Of a DNA stretch of 31,773 nucleotides, positions 9,404 to 17,975 are shown piece after piece. The stretch's first letter is position 1. Each line of letters opens with the position of its first letter. Where the stretch lies: the NCBI GenBank assembly GCA_039795875.1, contig JBDKKY010000009.1, forward strand, positions 1 through 31,773. The letters run 5' to 3'. This stretch comes from Candidatus Parcubacteria bacterium (GTDB lineage: Bacteria > Patescibacteriota > Minisyncoccia > Phycocordibacterales > CAIZLB01). The translations under genes and the position numbers were made by a program. The notes below the pieces were generated by a model that was given only the letters and a program-made list of their open reading frames with translations, did not search any database and was not told where the DNA came from.

Positions 9404-9964
9404 CTATCGGAGGGCAGAGGCAACGCTGCCGATAATGTAGATCCCGATACAATTGAAAATAAATGAAACCAGGAGAAACCATCTGGTTTTTATTTTTGAA
9501 AATCCAAGCATGCTGATGCCAACTTCGTCAGGTAATGGGGAAGCGATGATCATTCCTCCAACTAAAAAGGTAAACCAATACATATATTTCCATTGAAAAA
9601 ATGATCTTAATTTTAGTTTGAACTTATTGTGTTGCAAGGCGGCTGCGATATGGGCTGAAAATCTGTCTTTGATAAAATAGAAAATCACTAAGTCTCCGAG
9701 AACAGCGCCAAGAGTTCCAAATAGTGCGGTGGTCCAGAGGTTATTATGTGAAGCGATCTCACCTAAAGCAACGATGGCAGGTGCTGTCGTGAATACTGAA
9801 GTAAAAAAGAAACCAGCAACTAAACTAGCGATAATAGGAGATGAACCATGATCTTTCAACATATCTACAATCACGCCGGTTTTGATAAAAAGAGTAGCTA
9901 CCAAAATACTAAATAGAATAATGACGATGTCTTTGAGTAAGAGCAGGTTATTTTTGGATCGCAT
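9404..9964 (-). CDS. DedA/VTT-domain-like polytopic membrane protein
   Basis: An ATG at 9964 (MRSKNN...) gives an AT-rich 187-aa protein with about 5 TM helices. The track ORF 9404..10183 runs upstream into compositionally different GC-rich DNA and is probably an over-extension. The family assignment is tentative. Confidence 0.45.
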   Translation of the reverse strand: MRSKNNLLLLKDIVIILFSILVATLFIKTGVIVDMLKDHGSSPIIASLVAGFFFTSVFTTAPAIVALGEIASHNNLWTTALFGTLGAVLGDLVIFYFIKDRFSAHIAAALQHNKFKLKLRSFFQWKYMYWFTFLVGGMIIASPLPDEVGISMLGFSKIKTRWFLLVSFIFNCIGIYIIGSVASALR

Positions 9965-10062
9965 ATATCCATTATAGCCTGAACCGTAAGGTATCAAAAT
10001 AAAAACCCCTGGAGACTGCTTTGCTAAGGCAGCTCCAGGAGCGGGTTTTTGAGCGGTGAAAC

Positions 10063-10620
10063 TCAGCGAGAATGTCGGGCGCGCACGGCTTTGAGCCATT
10101 TGAGGGGCTCGAGAAGCCAGCGTTCTTTCCGGCTCATCGGATGTGAGGATCGCACGATGTGGACTTTCCACTTCGGCGGACAATACTTTCTGACATAGGC
10201 GGCGATCCGCTTCTGGTGCCAGTAGCTGTCAGAAGATCCGATATACACATCGAGGTGGGTTGTTGGATCCGCACCATAATTGATGGCAAGGGCGAACCCT
10301 TGCCGGATCTCGTTCCCGGTGCTCCAACAGCACGGGTTCGCTACTGAGTTCTCCTCGGTCCATTCAGGAAACGTACGGAGCCACTCAATGAATTGGGTGG
10401 ACAGCGCACGCATCCGGGCAGGAACAGGAGTGCTGGGACTTTCGCGGGTGTAGCCGGCGGTAGCGACGACCAATACGTGCTCAGGCAGTACGGCTGGGGA
10501 TATGTTAGCCACCGTGTCCATATGGCGCATGATTGCGCCATCGGCCATTCCCAGTCGATCTATGTCTCCATAGGCCAAGGAAATGATGAGAGAGGTGAAT
10601 ATGGGTTCTGGCGTGCTCAA
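10063..10620 (-). CDS. hypothetical protein, GC-rich (compositionally foreign)
   Basis: The 185-aa ORF starts at a TTG at 10620; in-frame ATGs lie at 10548, 10530 and 10521. GC content is markedly higher than in the flanking genes. I recognise no family. Confidence 0.4.
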   Translation of the reverse strand: MSTPEPIFTSLIISLAYGDIDRLGMADGAIMRHMDTVANISPAVLPEHVLVVATAGYTRESPSTPVPARMRALSTQFIEWLRTFPEWTEENSVANPCCWSTGNEIRQGFALAINYGADPTTHLDVYIGSSDSYWHQKRIAAYVRKYCPPKWKVHIVRSSHPMSRKERWLLEPLKWLKAVRARHSR

Positions 10621-10767
10621 GGTGTCAGGTGTTCTGGTAGAGGTTGAAGTTTCGGGTGAATTTCAGTACAACACTATTATACCATATCTGTCAAGTAAAA
10701 GCAAGGGTGGATAGAGTATAATAAAAGTGTCGGAAGTTTATCAATTAATTCATTCAAAACAAGCACA

Positions 10768-11160
10768 ATGCTCAACAAAAGAGTCAAAACAACAAATATG
10801 GAATTAACAGATGCCATATCTGATTATGTTCATAAAAAAGTTGATGTTCTAGAAAAATTCATTGAATCTGATGTGCAAGCTTTGGCAGAGATCGAGATCG
10901 GTAAAACTACACATCATCACCACAAAGGAGATGTGTTTAAAGCCGAGATTAGTCTGACTATGGGTAAAGATAATTTCCAAACTAGTGTGGTTGAGTCGGA
11001 CCTCTATACCGCTATTGATAAGATGAAAGAGAGTATTGTTCAAGAAGTAACACGTTCAAAACGGAAAAAACAGCATCTATTCCGCAGAGGTCGTCAGAAG
11101 ATTAAAAATATATTGCGAGGATTTACTAAAGGCAAGAAAGAGCCAGTAGAGACAGAATAA
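10768..11160 (+). CDS. hpf: ribosome hibernation promoting factor / RaiA (S30AE family)
   Basis: The N-terminal NMELTDAISDYVHKKVDVLEKF, the middle FKAEISL and SDLYTAIDKM, and the basic C-terminal tail match the HPF/YfiA pattern. Confidence 0.8.
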   Translation: MLNKRVKTTNMELTDAISDYVHKKVDVLEKFIESDVQALAEIEIGKTTHHHHKGDVFKAEISLTMGKDNFQTSVVESDLYTAIDKMKESIVQEVTRSKRKKQHLFRRGRQKIKNILRGFTKGKKEPVETE

Positions 11161-11180
11161 GGGACGTCAACATAGATAAA

Positions 11181-11237
11181 AAACCCTCCGCTTCCGTCCA
11201 AGCTGGACTCCAGCGAGACGAAGGAGAGTTTTTTTAT
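11181..11237. terminator. putative bidirectional terminator between the convergent hpf and VOC genes
   Basis: An imperfect hairpin (ccctccgcttccgtc ... gagacgaaggagag with inner gtcca-agc-tggac) is flanked by an A-run upstream and TTTTTTT downstream. Confidence 0.3.
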
Positions 11238-11243
11238 GGTCAA

Positions 11244-11603
11244 CTACTTTGCTTTTCTCTTGTGGATAATCACCCGACTTCCGTCTGGATCTAGCACTAC
11301 TGCCATCTGGCAAGTTGGATACGTTTGTGGTTCCAGCTGGAATGTTACGTCATGTTCTTTAAGTTTGGCAACTGCGGCCTCAAAGTCTTCCATTTCAAAT
11401 GCGATACATGCGCCTTCGGGAGAGGGTTTATACATGTCTGGAGCACAGCCGAGAGAGAATGTGCTATCGCCAATCGTATATTCAGTCCACTGATCACTAT
11501 TAAATTCTGTTCCTGGGACGAGCCCGAGTATTCCTTCATAGAAGGCCTTGGCTTTTTTCATATCGTTGACAGCGTATATTGTGAATGCAAATTCTTTAAT
11601 CAT
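11244..11603 (-). CDS. VOC-family (glyoxalase/bleomycin-resistance fold) protein
   Basis: The 119-aa protein shows the MIKEFAFTIYAVNDMKKAKAFYEGILGL and VVLDPDGSRVII beta-alpha-beta-beta-beta module pattern of the VOC family. Confidence 0.65.
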   Translation of the reverse strand: MIKEFAFTIYAVNDMKKAKAFYEGILGLVPGTEFNSDQWTEYTIGDSTFSLGCAPDMYKPSPEGACIAFEMEDFEAAVAKLKEHDVTFQLEPQTYPTCQMAVVLDPDGSRVIIHKRKAK

Positions 11604-11615
11604 TAGTGTGATAAA

Positions 11616-12005
11616 TTAATTGGCTTTTAATGCGTCTGTGACGGCTTTGACAATATCTTGAGGCTCGGTTGTGGCCTTGATCATAAATTGGGCATTGAGA
11701 GAGCCCGCGCGATCTCGATCTTTCCTTTCGTCGGTATTGCTGACAACAATAACTTTAATGCCTTTGGTTCGATCGTCCTTGCGCAATTGTTCCAAAGCGT
11801 CTAATCCGTTCATCCCCGGCAAAAAGATATCTAGGAGAAGGATGTCTGGTAGATTGGTTTTTAATGCATCGAGCAGTGCCTCGGCAGTTGTGAATAAAGA
11901 GGTCTGAATGCCAGCCTCGGCCACTTGGTCTTTTAAAATTCTGCCTAAAAAAGTGTCGTCCTCAACGATAAATACCTTTTTTGAAGTGATGTTTGTGTCA
12001 GTCAT
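11616..12005 (-). CDS. stand-alone response-regulator receiver (CheY-like)
   Basis: It carries KKVFIVEDD, a phospho-acceptor Asp in ILLLDIFLPGMNG, and a conserved T/K (VIVVSN, K). It has no output domain. I prefer the ATG at 12005 because the GTG at 12041 overlaps the -35 box of the divergent promoter. Confidence 0.75.
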   Translation of the reverse strand: MTDTNITSKKVFIVEDDTFLGRILKDQVAEAGIQTSLFTTAEALLDALKTNLPDILLLDIFLPGMNGLDALEQLRKDDRTKGIKVIVVSNTDERKDRDRAGSLNAQFMIKATTEPQDIVKAVTDALKAN

Positions 12006-12030
12006 ATCCACAGTATACACCAGCTCTTCC

Positions 12031-12059
12031 TTGTAGACCACCCATAACTCTAATATAAT
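12031..12059 (+). promoter_or_regulatory. sigma70-like promoter TTGTAG-17-TATAAT for the Met-rich membrane protein / HK operon
   Basis: The -35 box ttgtag lies at 12031-12036, then a 17-nt spacer, then tataat at 12054-12059. That is about 38 nt upstream of the ATG at 12097. Confidence 0.45.
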
Positions 12060-12096
12060 AAAGCTATATCAATAATAACTAACTTTATATAAATTT

Positions 12097-12882
12097 ATGG
12101 ATACAAATATGAACATGGAAGGTCATGATATGATGATGGGTGACAACATGATGACTGGTCATGATATGGGGGGGATGGGTGACATGGGCATGATGATGGA
12201 TATGGGACCTGTGGTCTTCGGAGGCCTTCATTTAGTTAATCTACTTTTAATGGTTTCAGGAGTATTCTATCTTATCTGCGCGCTTTCTATCTTTAAAACT
12301 TGGAGACGAGAAAAGAACGAACTATTGGGAGCCTTGTTTGCCTTTCTATGTTATCAAGCTGTAAGTATGTTTTTCATGGGAGCGGGTATGCAGACTATGA
12401 ATATGTTGTATAGCAACATTGCTGCACTAGCCGTATTTGTTGGATCAGCGTACATGTTGAAATTTCCTTTAAGTAAATTGGCCCAGAAAACTCGAAATGC
12501 TCTGTTTTTGGTCATATTGGTTATTTTGTTGGCACTGTTTGTTTGGTTCGTCCAAACTCCAGAGAGAGAAACTCAATTGATGCACTTCGTGATGTGGTAT
12601 GACTTAGTGGTCAACGGAATTGTTGTAGGAGGATCAATCATTATGTTTGGAATACGAGCAACCGAAGCGGCGTTTAAAAAGAAGGCTATCGGAGGGGGAG
12701 CCGGTGTTGTTAGTTGTTGTGTGGTTGCAACAGGGGCGATGATTGGCGGGGCATTCCTATTTGGAACAATCTTCTCATTTTTGGCTCCAATTATCATCTT
12801 GAGTACATTACGACAGAAAGCTTTGAGCGGTGGGTCGAATACAACATCTGCACCAGCCGCCAATCCAGCACCAACGATGTAG
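12097..12882 (+). CDS. Met/His-rich polytopic membrane protein (putative Cu/Ag-binding accessory sensor)
   Basis: The N-terminal 40 aa are MDTNMNMEGHDMMMGDNMMTGHDMGGMGDMGMMMDMG: 16 Met, 2 His and Asp-rich, resembling Ctr/CopB/CusF 'Mets motifs'. About 6 TM helices follow. Its stop lies 3 nt before the HK start. Confidence 0.55.
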   Translation: MDTNMNMEGHDMMMGDNMMTGHDMGGMGDMGMMMDMGPVVFGGLHLVNLLLMVSGVFYLICALSIFKTWRREKNELLGALFAFLCYQAVSMFFMGAGMQTMNMLYSNIAALAVFVGSAYMLKFPLSKLAQKTRNALFLVILVILLALFVWFVQTPERETQLMHFVMWYDLVVNGIVVGGSIIMFGIRATEAAFKKKAIGGGAGVVSCCVVATGAMIGGAFLFGTIFSFLAPIIILSTLRQKALSGGSNTTSAPAANPAPTM

Positions 12883-12885
12883 TAT

Positions 12886-13830
12886 ATGAATAATACACTA
12901 GAAAGAATCCTTGCGTATGTGCTCGGAGCACTTATAGGAGCGGGCTGCGGCTCGCTTTTGGTGTCTTTAAATATGCACATTATAGATCCTGCGTACCAGA
13001 CAGTGACTGTTAGAATCATGCCACTCATCGGCTTGTTGATTTCTATGGTCATCGTTGAGTATCGGTATGAACGGTCTTTAAAAAAGAATCAGGCAATTCG
13101 AGATGAGACAGTGGCGCTGATTACTCATGAGATGAGGACGAGTCTAACCTCAACCGGTTGGGCAATAGGTTTAGTCTTGAAAAAGTATGGTAACAGTATT
13201 GAGGAATCTGATAAACAGTTGCTAAGTGGTGTGGTTGATTCTATACACACAACGGTTATGCACTCGGTTAATCTGCTTGATGTGAGTCTGCTTGATATCG
13301 GAAAATTGTCGATCTCACTCGAATGGACAAAATTGTCTAAGGTGACAGAGATGATGCATGAAATCTTGGAAAAATATACTATGGGCGCGGAAAGTCATGG
13401 TATTCATTTGACAAAGAATGTCAATATTGATGAAGAAAAAATGGCTGAAGTTGATATGTTGCGCTTGCGAATTATCTTAGAGAATCTTTTGGAAAATGCT
13501 ATCCAGTATACTGCTGAAGGTGCAGATAAAAAGGTGGCTGTCAGCGTGTTCAACGATGAGCACGAGTTGCATGTACAAGTGGCCGATAACGGTATTGGTA
13601 TCCCAACAGGGGAAAGAGAGAAGATTTTTGGTGAATTTTATCGTGCTAGCAATGCTCGCAAGAAACTGAGTACTGGAAGCGGTATCGGTTTGTATACCTC
13701 GGCCAAATACATCAAAGCTCATAGAGGAGAGATCCGTTTTGAGTCTACTGAGGGTAAAGGAACTACCTTTTTCATCACCATTCCTCTCAAAACCGAGGCT
13801 GATGTTGGAGGATTCTTGAAGAAGATATAA
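12886..13830 (+). CDS. sensor histidine kinase (intramembrane-sensing type)
   Basis: Two N-terminal TM helices are joined by a short loop of about 10 aa. The H-box is ITHEMRTSLTS. The N/G1/F/G2 boxes are ENLLENAIQYT, VADNGIGIP, FGEFYRA and GSGIGLY, forming a HATPase_c domain. Confidence 0.8.
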   Translation: MNNTLERILAYVLGALIGAGCGSLLVSLNMHIIDPAYQTVTVRIMPLIGLLISMVIVEYRYERSLKKNQAIRDETVALITHEMRTSLTSTGWAIGLVLKKYGNSIEESDKQLLSGVVDSIHTTVMHSVNLLDVSLLDIGKLSISLEWTKLSKVTEMMHEILEKYTMGAESHGIHLTKNVNIDEEKMAEVDMLRLRIILENLLENAIQYTAEGADKKVAVSVFNDEHELHVQVADNGIGIPTGEREKIFGEFYRASNARKKLSTGSGIGLYTSAKYIKAHRGEIRFESTEGKGTTFFITIPLKTEADVGGFLKKI

Positions 13831-13849
13831 GCATGCTATACTCGAGTGC

Positions 13850-15640
13850 ATGAATAAACTCAAAACAGCGTGGGATTTTTCCCATATGTATAAGGGGATT
13901 AAGGATCCTAAAATCGAGAAGGATGTGCAAGGGTATGTGCGAGCTTACAAGACTTTTACGGCCAAATATAAAGATAAGAAGTTTGTAAACAGCGTTTCGG
14001 GACTGGCACAGGCGATGAAGGATTGGAACACTCTCCATGAGACCACGTCTCCACGTGCGTTGTGGTATCTGTATTTGGAAGGTCGACGGGATACTGGAAA
14101 CACAGAACTCCAAGCTGAAACCGCTCGGTTGGATGATATGTTTAAGAAAGGGTATAAGGAAATCATCTTTTTCAGCTCGGCTGTTTCAAATATAGAGTCT
14201 AAAAAGCAAGCGGTGTTTTTGAAAGATAAAAGATTGGCACCGTATAGATATGCCTTAAAAGTCATGTTTGCTAAAGGCAAGTACAAATTGTCAGACGCTG
14301 AGGAGAGAATAATGACAGAGAAGGCCACTGTCGCGCACGGTGCCTGGGTTAAGGCCATGACCAAATATCAAAACGCTCAAAAGGTTAAGAAAGGTAAAAA
14401 GTGGATTTCTCTTTCTGAAGCATTGAGCTCTAAGGCCGAACTGCCGCGAGCTGAACGAAGAGCGCTGCACAAAACTGTCATGGAAAAATACAAAGAGATC
14501 AGCTTCCTAGCCGAGGCAGAATTGAATGCGATAGTTCGGAATAGAATAATTGATTGTGACATCAGAGGGTATAAGACTCCTTATGAACCAACGGTCTTAT
14601 CATATCAGAATGACCTAAAGAGTATTGAAAGCCTGGTTGCTGCTGTGACAGCATCAAACCCAATAGCCCACAAATTTTATTCCTTAAAAGCTAAGATTTT
14701 AAATAAAGTAGAAAAAACTGGCGAAAAAAAGATCACCATGGCAGAGTTCGCCACAACTGTTTCTACAACAGAAGGCCAAAGTAAAAATGTTTCCTTTGAA
14801 GAGGCTGCCAAGATCGTCAAAGGTGCACTGGCAGAAGCTAGTCCAGAATTTGGTGACATGTTCCAAACATATTTAGATAATGCTCAACTTGATGTGTTTC
14901 CAAAACAAGGTAAACAGATCGGTGCTTTCTGTTGGGGTATGATAGGGTCAGATCGGACTCGTGTTTTTTTGAATTACTCTGGACGACTGAAAGACATTTC
15001 TACTATTGCTCATGAGATGGGGCACGCTATTCATTGGGATCTAGCCAAAGTACAACCAGCAATGTATCAAGATTTTACGATCTCAGTGGCGGAAGTGGCG
15101 AGTACATTTTTTGAAAATATTTTATTTGATAAATTATTAGAAACAGCTACTGCGGATGAGAAGCGTGATCTGATGTTAAATGACATTCAGGGACGGATTA
15201 ACACCATTCACGCCCAAATTGCCTATTTTCAATTTGAAAAGAAATTGCATGCGGCCGTTCGGGAGCAGGGGTATGTCTCAAAAGAGAATATTGCTAAGAT
15301 GTTTGCAGATTGTCGTCGATCCTATATCGGTGATGCGATTGAGATTACCGAAGACGATGGATATGGATATGTGTATATTTCCCATTTTCGTAGATTCTTT
15401 TATGTGTATTCATATGCGTATGGTCAATTGATTGCCGATGCATTGTATACAGAATATAAGAAAGATAAAAGATTTATTGAAAAAGTAAAAAAGTTTTTGC
15501 GAGCAGGAGGTAGTATGTCGCCAGCTGACATTTTCAAGAGCATTGGTATTGATACGACTAAGCCGGATTTCTTTAAAAAAGGTTTGAAAAAATTGAGTGA
15601 CGATCTAGAGAAGGTGAGTAAGATGGTCCGCCTTCGCTAA
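13850..15640 (+). CDS. pepF: oligoendopeptidase F (M3B zinc metallopeptidase)
   Basis: The 596-aa protein has HEXXH zinc motif IAHEMGHAIH at about residue 387 plus a downstream Glu. Size and layout are typical of PepF. Confidence 0.75.
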   Translation: MNKLKTAWDFSHMYKGIKDPKIEKDVQGYVRAYKTFTAKYKDKKFVNSVSGLAQAMKDWNTLHETTSPRALWYLYLEGRRDTGNTELQAETARLDDMFKKGYKEIIFFSSAVSNIESKKQAVFLKDKRLAPYRYALKVMFAKGKYKLSDAEERIMTEKATVAHGAWVKAMTKYQNAQKVKKGKKWISLSEALSSKAELPRAERRALHKTVMEKYKEISFLAEAELNAIVRNRIIDCDIRGYKTPYEPTVLSYQNDLKSIESLVAAVTASNPIAHKFYSLKAKILNKVEKTGEKKITMAEFATTVSTTEGQSKNVSFEEAAKIVKGALAEASPEFGDMFQTYLDNAQLDVFPKQGKQIGAFCWGMIGSDRTRVFLNYSGRLKDISTIAHEMGHAIHWDLAKVQPAMYQDFTISVAEVASTFFENILFDKLLETATADEKRDLMLNDIQGRINTIHAQIAYFQFEKKLHAAVREQGYVSKENIAKMFADCRRSYIGDAIEITEDDGYGYVYISHFRRFFYVYSYAYGQLIADALYTEYKKDKRFIEKVKKFLRAGGSMSPADIFKSIGIDTTKPDFFKKGLKKLSDDLEKVSKMVRLR

Positions 15641-16158
15641 AGCTTCGACAGGATGAAATAAATTGGATTTCCAGCGTCATCATCGTCATCACCACCGGGG
15701 CCAGCACCGAACAGAGCACCACCCAGACCGCTGAGTAGCATTTCCACGAGGGACACACCGGCGCTTCCGCGATCGCCACCGAAGAGTTCTCCGAGATCTC
15801 CGAGGGGGACCGCGACGAAGCCGGGAGGAGCTGCGCTAGGACCGTTGGCGGGCGCGGCGACCAGTAATCCGTCACCTTTGATCAGGACGCCGGTCGAGGA
15901 GTTCTTGAACTCATCGGGCAGATCGGCCAGGATCATGAGGTTCATAAACCTGTTGCCAGCACTTTCGATCGCGCGGATTTCATTCAGCTCGCGCTGAAGT
16001 GCCGCCTGCGTCGTGTTGTAGTCGCGCCGGGTCTCGCTGGTGTGGCGGGTGAAGGCACGATGTTCACGTTGATTGCGTTGCATCTGTCTGACGATCACGT
16101 TACCGGCCTCGCGCATTGTCTCCAGGAAGAAAAAGGTTTGCCGGTTGTTCGTGCTCAT
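15637..16158 (-). CDS. hypothetical protein, GC-rich; coiled-coil N-terminus, Gly/Ala/Pro-rich C-terminus with poly-Asp tail
   Basis: An ATG at 16158 is preceded by AAGGTGG 8 nt upstream; the track ORF starts at a GTG at 16170. GC is about 58 %. The protein is MSTNNRQTFFFLETMREAG...GPGGDDDDDAGNPIYFILSKL. Confidence 0.45.
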   Translation of the reverse strand: MSTNNRQTFFFLETMREAGNVIVRQMQRNQREHRAFTRHTSETRRDYNTTQAALQRELNEIRAIESAGNRFMNLMILADLPDEFKNSSTGVLIKGDGLLVAAPANGPSAAPPGFVAVPLGDLGELFGGDRGSAGVSLVEMLLSGLGGALFGAGPGGDDDDDAGNPIYFILSKL

Positions 16159-16510
16159 CTGGTCAACCACCTTGTCATTGTGGCCAATAGGTGGTGTGCC
16201 GGGGAGTTGGGCCTTGGGGTCGTACTTGCGGAATAAGGCATTGAGGTTTTTTCATGGGTATGGGTAGTCTATGGGTGTTTGGTTGTGAGCTGCGTATCTC
16301 CCTATGGAGAGAACGAGACGGAAATGTTCGTTACAGCAGACAATTGTCCAGATGAACAACTAGCTGCCGTAACGAACCAGACCTTGTAAAAGTGCGATAG
16401 TGATAATCATAGTATAACTTCCTTATTTTGTCAAATGCCCAATGAATACAGGTTAAATCCCCTAGGAAAAAGGTTTTTTTGATGCCCTACAAACTGTTAT
16501 ACTTATCACC

Positions 16511-16783
16511 ATGAAAACAGTTATTAAAAAGATTGATACACAATGGTTTGATGATATTTCTGCAGGAATTAAAACATGGGAATTACGTCTGGCTGATTTT
16601 GATATTGAAGTTGGAGATATTTTACGGCTGGAAGAATGGATAGGAGAAGGAGAAAATAGAAAACCAACAGGTAGAGTGATTGAAAAAGAAATGACATATG
16701 TACGGAAAGTTGATTTGAAAAAATGGATTGAAACTCAACCAGAATTATTGGAGAAGGGAATGTATATGTTGACGTTTAAATAA
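16511..16783 (+). CDS. ASCH-like DUF3850-family protein
   Basis: The 90-aa protein has KKIDTQWFDDISAGIKTWELRLADFDIEVGDILRLEEW ... KPTGR, matching the DUF3850 pattern (HELK..P.YF..G.KTFE.R.NDRDF.VGD.L.L.E...YTGR). Confidence 0.55.
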   Translation: MKTVIKKIDTQWFDDISAGIKTWELRLADFDIEVGDILRLEEWIGEGENRKPTGRVIEKEMTYVRKVDLKKWIETQPELLEKGMYMLTFK

Positions 16784-16790
16784 ATAAAAA

Positions 16791-16837
16791 CGCTGCAGGA
16801 CCTCGGGTGAGGTCCCACAACGTGGGGGTTTGCAGCG
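16791..16837 (-). terminator. structured terminator for the GC-rich gene 16849..17526
   Basis: The outer stem cgctgca/tgcagcg encloses the hairpin ggacc-tcgggtga-ggtcc. On the minus strand it is followed by TTTTTATTTATTTAAA, directly downstream of the stop at 16849. Confidence 0.55.
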
Positions 16838-16848
16838 TAGCGCGAGGC

Positions 16849-17526
16849 TTACTGCGCGGTGTTTGGGGTGGGAGGGTTGGCGGGTTCAGGAGTGAGGGGT
16901 TCCACCGGTCTAGGGCTGGTCTCTTTGAGGGCTTTGTTCGCGTACTCCAGTACCTGATCGTCGGTCAAGGTAGAAGTGTCGTGGCTGTAGCTGTAGTCAC
17001 TGGAATAAGAGTCGTACTCACCTTTTCCAGCATACACTGTTTCGGTGCGCCAGGGTGAGTATTTGAGTTGGCCATTGTGCACGACCTTTATCAAGTGGGT
17101 TGTTCCCGGCGGAATGTCAAACGTGATGATATCGGAAGTATGTACGACGTACTGCATACCACCAGCATCACTGACGATGACTTGGGGCACAGGCCATTCG
17201 CGGCCGGAAGCAGGGTGGTTGTAATTGCCGGTCATGACAATTCTGACGACCTGCCCCTCTTGAAGGGCGATGATCTGACTCTCAGCTCTCTTCAGGTCAG
17301 CCGTTCGGCTGCTCAGCCATTCGGGTTTCAGAACAATGACGCCGAGGAAAATGGTCAACAGCCACTGTGCTAAGTTGCTGAGCACGAAGAGGGTCGAAGG
17401 TTGAGTGGTGGTGGTATTTTGAGGTGGGTTCACGGTAGTAGTGTGTAGGAGTTGTTTGATTGTGAAGGCCCTATATCTAAGGGTTGGGTATACTATACGT
17501 ATATTACACCACAATGTCAAGTACAC
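16849..17526 (-). CDS. hypothetical membrane-anchored protein, GC-rich, Pro-rich C-terminal tail
   Basis: The track ORF starts at a GTG at 17526, but a consensus promoter overlaps that point, so the true start may be the GTG at 17433 (VNPPQNTTTT...). It has a TM anchor (LFVLSNLAQWLLTIFLGVIVL) and a C-terminal PRPVEPLTPEPANPPTPNTAQ tail. Confidence 0.5.
   Translation of the reverse strand: MYLTLWCNIRIVYPTLRYRAFTIKQLLHTTTVNPPQNTTTTQPSTLFVLSNLAQWLLTIFLGVIVLKPEWLSSRTADLKRAESQIIALQEGQVVRIVMTGNYNHPASGREWPVPQVIVSDAGGMQYVVHTSDIITFDIPPGTTHLIKVVHNGQLKYSPWRTETVYAGKGEYDSYSSDYSYSHDTSTLTDDQVLEYANKALKETSPRPVEPLTPEPANPPTPNTAQ
17492..17520 (-). promoter_or_regulatory. sigma70 consensus promoter TTGACA-17-TATAGT (minus strand)
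   Basis: The plus-strand tgtcaa at 17515-17520 is TTGACA on the minus strand. A 17-nt spacer follows, then TATAGT (plus-strand actata at 17492-17497). Confidence 0.45.
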
Positions 17527-17559
17527 TCAAAAAACATGTCCTGGTGCTATAATCAACTT

Positions 17560-17928
17560 ATGCTCATCACAACTATAGTATTATTCGTCATTGTCCTTAT
17601 GTGTATTCCAACCTTCAAGCGGCTGTATGTGCCGTACGCCAAGGATAATCCAAACAAGCTTTGGTTTAAGAAAAAATTATATGGCTGGGGTTGGACACCG
17701 GTAACTACTCAAGGCTGGACCGTGACCTGGATTTATGTTGCTTTAGTGTTTACATTTGCCTTTACTATTGACGAACAATCTCCATCCAAAGAGGTGTGGT
17801 TTACATTTATTCTACCTGTTGTTCTTTTAACTATCGCATTTGTCCGCATCGCATACACCAAAGGCGAGAAACCAAAATGGCAATGGGGTCCGGAGAAAAA
17901 GCTCGAAGATAAACCAGAAGTAAAATAA
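17560..17928 (+). CDS. small membrane protein (2-3 TM), possibly leaderless
   Basis: An extended -10 box (TGcTATAAT at 17545-17553) ends 7 nt before the ATG at 17560. The protein is MLITTIVLFVIVLMCIP...KLYGWGWTPVTTQGWTVTW.... The upstream part of track ORF 17452.. overlaps the divergent promoter. Confidence 0.5.
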   Translation: MLITTIVLFVIVLMCIPTFKRLYVPYAKDNPNKLWFKKKLYGWGWTPVTTQGWTVTWIYVALVFTFAFTIDEQSPSKEVWFTFILPVVLLTIAFVRIAYTKGEKPKWQWGPEKKLEDKPEVK

Positions 17929-17975
17929 AAAAAACACTCCACGACCGCAGGGGCACGGTCGGGAGGTTGGAGTCT

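Noticed and set aside
9965-10183. Upstream extension of ORF 9404..10183
   Set aside because: The extension runs from AT-rich membrane-protein coding sequence into GC-rich DNA belonging to the neighbouring gene. The internal ATG at 9964 begins the hydrophobic protein.
16807-17373. Plus-strand ORFs 16807..17058 and 17068..17373
   Set aside because: They are antisense to the GC-rich gene 16849..17526, Gly/Arg-rich, and have no start context.
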